From Haliotis rubra (Eukaryota): DNA of 64,000 nt. The DNA lies in the NCBI RefSeq assembly GCF_003918875.1, contig NW_025766974.1, positions 496,001 to 560,000 of the forward strand, written 5' to 3'. Made by a program: the position numbers and the translations under genes. Of this stretch, positions 55,801 through 61,800 are shown piece after piece. How positions within the stretch are numbered: position 1 is the stretch's first letter; the number at the start of each line of letters is the position of its first letter. Under the pieces are notes generated by a model. That model worked only from the letters and a program-made list of their open reading frames with translations. It made no database searches and had not been told where the DNA came from.

Positions 55801-58800
55801 ACAACCCCTACAGCAACGCTACCTGTGTCACACAGTAACAGTGTCTCAGGGGCCATGTGAAGGTCTTCAGAAACCATGTTTGTTGTAAAAAACCCACTTT
55901 TCATTGTGTACACAAAAATCAATTTTAATTTATAAACCTGATTCTTGAATATTAAAGCAACTCATGCTCTTCTGTGTGTTTCAATGTTGCCAGTGGACTG
56001 TGTGTCGGGGAAGGCGTATGATGCAGTCTCCACCCAGTGTGAGGACTGTCCCCGGGGGTACTACCGCAACCAGACCGAGAGGAAGCCCCAGTGCCAGCTG
56101 TGTCCCCCAGACTACATCACAGAGAGGATAGGGTCGATCTCAGCTGACAACTGTTCTATGGGTAGGCTGATGATATGTGATCATAACAGAAAATGGGGAT
56201 CGAACACTAGAATACATTGCTCATTACTTTAGTCACTGGTGTCGTAAATGTTCAGGATGAAGCCATCCAATCATTACATCATACTTATTGTCTCTGTTAC
56301 AACTATCTGCACCATCCAGCCATTACATCAAACCCCCTGACAGATTGTCTTTGTTACAACTATCTGCACCATCCAGCCGTTACATTAAACCCCCTGACAT
56401 ACTATCTCTGTGACAGCCAACTACACCACCAAGCCATTACATTATACTCCCCTGACATACTATCTCTGTGACAGCCAACAATACCACCAAGCCATTACAT
56501 TATACTATACCAGCCCATGACATACTATCTCTGTGACAGCCAACTTTACATTATACCCCTGACATATTATCTCTGTGACAGCCAACTACACCACCAAGCA
56601 ATTACATTAAACCCCCTGACATACTATCTCTGTGACAGCCAACTACACCACCAAGCCATTACATAATACTCCCCTGACATACTATCTCTGTGACAGCCAA
56701 CTACACCACCATGCCATTACATCATACTCCCCTGACATACTATCTCTGTGACAGCCAACTATACCACACAAGCCATTACATTATACCCCCTGACATATTA
56801 TCTCTGTGACAGCTAACTGCACCACCCCTGGTCAGTATGTGGACACCTCCAGGAATACCTGTGCTGACTGCCCGGCAGGGACATACCAGGACCAAAAGTG
56901 GCAGGTCGCATGTAAGACCTGCGCCCCAGGATTCACAACCAGAACAACGGGGACAGGCTCTGTCCTCCAGTGCTATCGTACGTACAAGCCATTATCTTAT
57001 GACAAAGAACGGCCTTGTGTTATATGTCAGATGTATTAGTGGAAATATGCACATGCTACCCTGATTTGGAAATCCTAAATGTATTGTTGGATTTGTCAGA
57101 GACCATATACCGATATATGGTCTCTGGATTTGTATATGCAAGGGTTTCTATGGGCAAAAACAGATATAAAAACAGCCAGTACTTTCTTGGCTGTCCAGTA
57201 CAGTGACTATGGAGATGATGTCAGTGCTTTGACAACCATATTACCAACCTAGTTGTAGAAGTTGTGGAATGTAGAAGAAAACCAACTGAAGTCAAGTAAA
57301 CTGAGTTTGTATTAAGGATATATATGCAATGACATTTTCCCATTTCTCATGGAGAAGCAAATATTTAAGAGCATTTCGTGCCCCTGCATCACCTCAGAAC
57401 ATTTAAAAGTTTCAAATCAAGAGGCTAAAGGAACAATAGTACAGTTCCTCCTTGAAAGGTCTGACATAATCTGAGTGACATACTGTTGAGACATGATGAC
57501 TGACTGTTGTCAGGTGACTGCCCCTCAGGATGGCAGGTCGATGAGTCAACCAATGCCTGTCAGGTGTGTGCCAAGGGTCAGTACCGAGCCAAAGGACAGA
57601 GCTGGACTTGTCAGTTCTGTGACATCAGCTTCACCACTGCAAGCAGTGGGTCCATGTCCATCGTTGACTGCAATATCCGTGAGTACGAGGCAATCATCCC
57701 CTTGCAAGATTTGAGAGAGTGCCCAATTATTAGTAATCAAAATAACCACTTTCAAGTATAAATCTAAACCATTATTATGACAGAACACTCGTGTTCTTGC
57801 AGTTGATTAATAGCAGGAATTAACTGACATTTCTAAACATGTAAATCTGACTGAACCATAGTCATTCTGAAAAGTGTTAAAGATATTCTTTATTGACAAT
57901 GACACAATTTAAATCAAAGAAATCACTCAAATCTGTTGGTTCTGGAATATATTGTATAACGGGCGGATACAGCTTTTGGGGAAGGGGGGGAGGCGCACAC
58001 TCTTGCGAAAGGGAGGGTGTAATAAACATTTAGGACAAAAGGGCGGGTGCGCACCCCTGCAACCCCCAACCCCCTCTGAATCCGCCTATGTATTACTTGT
58101 GTGTAATGTCATGTTGTCGGATGCGCAGCTCTGTGCAGTGCGGGCACCTCCCACAATGCAGACCTGAAGACGTGTGTGCCATGTGCCAAGGGAAGCTACC
58201 AGTCTATGATAAACCAGCAGAGTTGTGTCCCTTGTCCCAACCAACAAACCACTCGAAACACTGGCTCTCTTACGAGCACTGACTGTTTATGTGAGTATAT
58301 CTTGTTTCTATTTGTTGTGTAACACCACATTCAGCATATTTCAGCTGTATAAACCTGGTCAGAAGATAGTCATCATGACAACAGATCCCCACAATCTGTG
58401 TATGATGACATGCAATCAACCAAGTTACTGAGCTTGACAACCAATCCACTTTACCACCTCTAATGACAAGCAGACATTGCTGGCTACCTGTTCTTACTGA
58501 AATCCCCATGGAATTATTTGTTCAGAATGAATAAGTGCAATATAACCTCTGCATGTGTGACATGCTTGCATGCACTGTGCCCAAAAAGCAAATGTCTGGT
58601 CAACGTCAGTGAGATTTTGTAGTCTTAACAAACTGGTAAACATGGCCTCACACATTGATGTGCTGTTATATTAATAAATACTGCCCAATTTGATGGTTAA
58701 TGAAAATAACTAAACTGGTGGTCAAAGCGTTTACTCGTCACACCTATGAGCTGGGTTTGATTCCCCCTCTGGGTACAGTGTCTGCAGCCCCATTCTGTTG

Positions 58801-61800
58801 TCATCCACTGTGATGTTGAACACTTATTGTGGCATAACATCATTCTTCAACACTCACTCATTATTCATATGTCCTGTATATGATGACATTTTCCTGGTCT
58901 GTTATGGGAATTACAAAGCAGCAAAGTTCCAATATTTTTCAGAAGAAGGGGCTAGCATGAATATTTGTTGGCCAAATACGCTTACAGCAGATAATCTGTA
59001 AAGATCAACTGTACACAAATGCTCTCAATACTCCATTGGCAACCTATGGACCATCGCTGGACAGATGGTACGCTGAAGGTAGCAGCTACAACTGTGATGT
59101 GTAACTATATCCAGGGCAGGAGTCATCCTACAGATAACATCCTTACCTTGTCATCTTTGGTCATGTGGACAAGGCACCCGACTTCGGATCAGAAGGTCCT
59201 TGGTTTGAATCCCAGCACGAGACTCAGATCCTTTATGGCCGCTACACATGCAGTCCACTTCAGCGCACATGCTGAGACTCCAGAACATGATGAACTAGGC
59301 TGACTGACTTTGTACCATGTTTCAGCACTGTGTATCCTGAACGAACACAACTGTACAGCCCCAACTGAGTGCCACGACGTCCCGGAAGGTTTCACCTGTA
59401 GATGTTCTCGAGGCTACAGTGGTGTACCCGGCAACTGTACACGTATGTGCACATATTGTATACTTTACTGTAATACACATATACTCAGACATATATACAA
59501 GACTACAATATTGAACAAACTATTTGGATAACAACTTCTTTTATTTTGTCATATCAATACAGTTTATTGTAGTGTTATCAAGCAGGAAGGAACCATGAAG
59601 AGAAGGGGAATCTAACAAAGAAAACAACATAATTAACATCATTGGCTAGGCAGTAATCTGATAAAGCCAGCCCTGTAGAGTTGACAAGGGAAAGTGCGTT
59701 GATGTGTGTATCCCCTGTAGATGTGTGTGTAGACAGTTATCCTTGATGTGTGTATCCCTGTAGATGTGTGTAGACAGACAGTTATCCTTGATGTGTGTAT
59801 CCCCCTGATATCAGTTATCCTTGATGTGTGTATCCCCCTTTATCCTTGATGTGTGTATCCCCTGTAGATGTGTGTAGACAGTTATCCTTGATGTGTGTAT
59901 TCCCTGTAGATGTGTGTAGACAGTTATCCTTGATGTGTGTATCCCCTGTAGATGTGTGTAGACAGTTATCCTTGATGTGTGTATCCCCTGTAGATGTGTG
60001 TAGACAGTTATCCTTGATGTGTGTATCCCCTGTAGATGGCAGGCATGTAATCAACCAGATGAGATTCCAGAGATAAGTGAAATCAGAATAGGTGAAGTCT
60101 ACAGAGATGAGTGAAATCAGTCTAGGTGAGTCTATAGGGATGGTGAAATCAGACTAGGTGAGTCTTGGCAGGCATGTAATCAACCAGATGAGATTCCAGA
60201 GATAAGTGAAATCAGAATAGGTGAAGTCTACAGAGATGAGTGAAATCAGTCTAGGTGAGTCTATAGGGATGGTGAAATCAGACTAGGTGAGTCTTTGCAG
60301 GCATGTAATCAACCAGATGAGATTCCAGAGATAAGTGAAATCAGAATAGGTGAAGTCTACAGAGATGAGTGAAATCAGTCTAGGTGAGTCTATAGGGATG
60401 GTGAAATCAGACTAGGTGAGTCTTGGCAGGCATGTAATCAACCAGATGAGATTCCAGAGATAAGTGAAATCAGAATAGGTGAAGTCTACAGAGATGAGTG
60501 AAATCTGTCTAGGTGAGTCTATAGGGATGGTGAAATCAGACTTGGTGTGTCTACAGAATCTCATCTTTATTCAGCAACATATCTCAGTTTCCACTTTCCT
60601 TGTTTATCATCCAAGATGGTTTCATCAGCTCTGTTCCGTATAAATCATTATTAAGTTATACTGTGAATAATTCAATTTTACTGGAGAATGTCTAGCTTGC
60701 ACAATTTTGGAACATTTTGATAGTCTATATACACTTCAGTGGAGTTCTTCAGTTACAATCCTATGGCCTGCAGGAGGCAAATGTGTCTCTAATAGGGTCC
60801 TTTAAGCATGCCAGATGATATTATTATTGGTTCATTTGCCAGATTCACTTTGCAACACTTTCCTCCTACATCAGTCTGTGATATTACTTAAATCCAGTTC
60901 CAAATTGTGTTAAACCAAACTCACTCAGTCACTAAGTATTTATTTGTTTCAACGCCTACATCTGACAACAAAGATGTAATCATCGGTGCAGTCATTGGTG
61001 CTTGCATGCTTCTACTGTGTGCTGGGCTGGTTCTTGTGGGTGTTTATGCCTGTCGTAGGTAAGTATGACTTACATAGTGTTGCTGGGGCTGGTTCTTGTG
61101 GGTGTTTATGCCTGACTTAGGTAAGTATGACTTACATAGTGTTGCTGGGCTGGTTCTTGTGGGTGTTTATGCCTGTCGTAGGTAAGTATGACTTACATAG
61201 TGTTGGCTTGGCTGGTTCTTGTGGGTGTTTATGCCTGTCGTAGGTAAGTATGACTTACATAGTGTTGGCTGGGCTGGTTCTTGTGGGTGTGTTAAGTATG
61301 ACTGCTGGGCTGGTTCTTGTGGGCGTTTATGGTTCTTACATAGTGTTTGCTTGGCTGGTTCTTGTTTATGCCTGTAGAGGTAAGTATGACTTACATAGTG
61401 TTGCTGGGCTGGTTCTTGTGGGCGTTTATGCCTGTGCCTGGGGCTGTCGCCTGTAAGTATGACCTGTCGAGGTACATAGTGTTGCTGGGCTGGTTCTTCA
61501 GTAAGTGGACTTACATAGTGTTGGCTTGTGGTTATGCCTGTCGTAGGTAAGTATGACTTACATAGTGTTGCTGGGCTGGTTCTGTGGGCGTTCTTGTGGG
61601 TAAGTATGACCTACATAGTGTTGGCTTGGCTGGTTCTTGTGGGCTGCCTGTCGTTAAGTATGACTGAGTGTTGCTGGGCTGGTTCTTGTGGGCGTGCCTG
61701 TAAGTAGTATGTATGACTTACATAGTGTTGCTGGGCTGGTTCTTGTGGGCGTTTATGCCTGTCTTGGCTGGTTCTTGTGGGCGTTTATGCCTGTTGTAGG

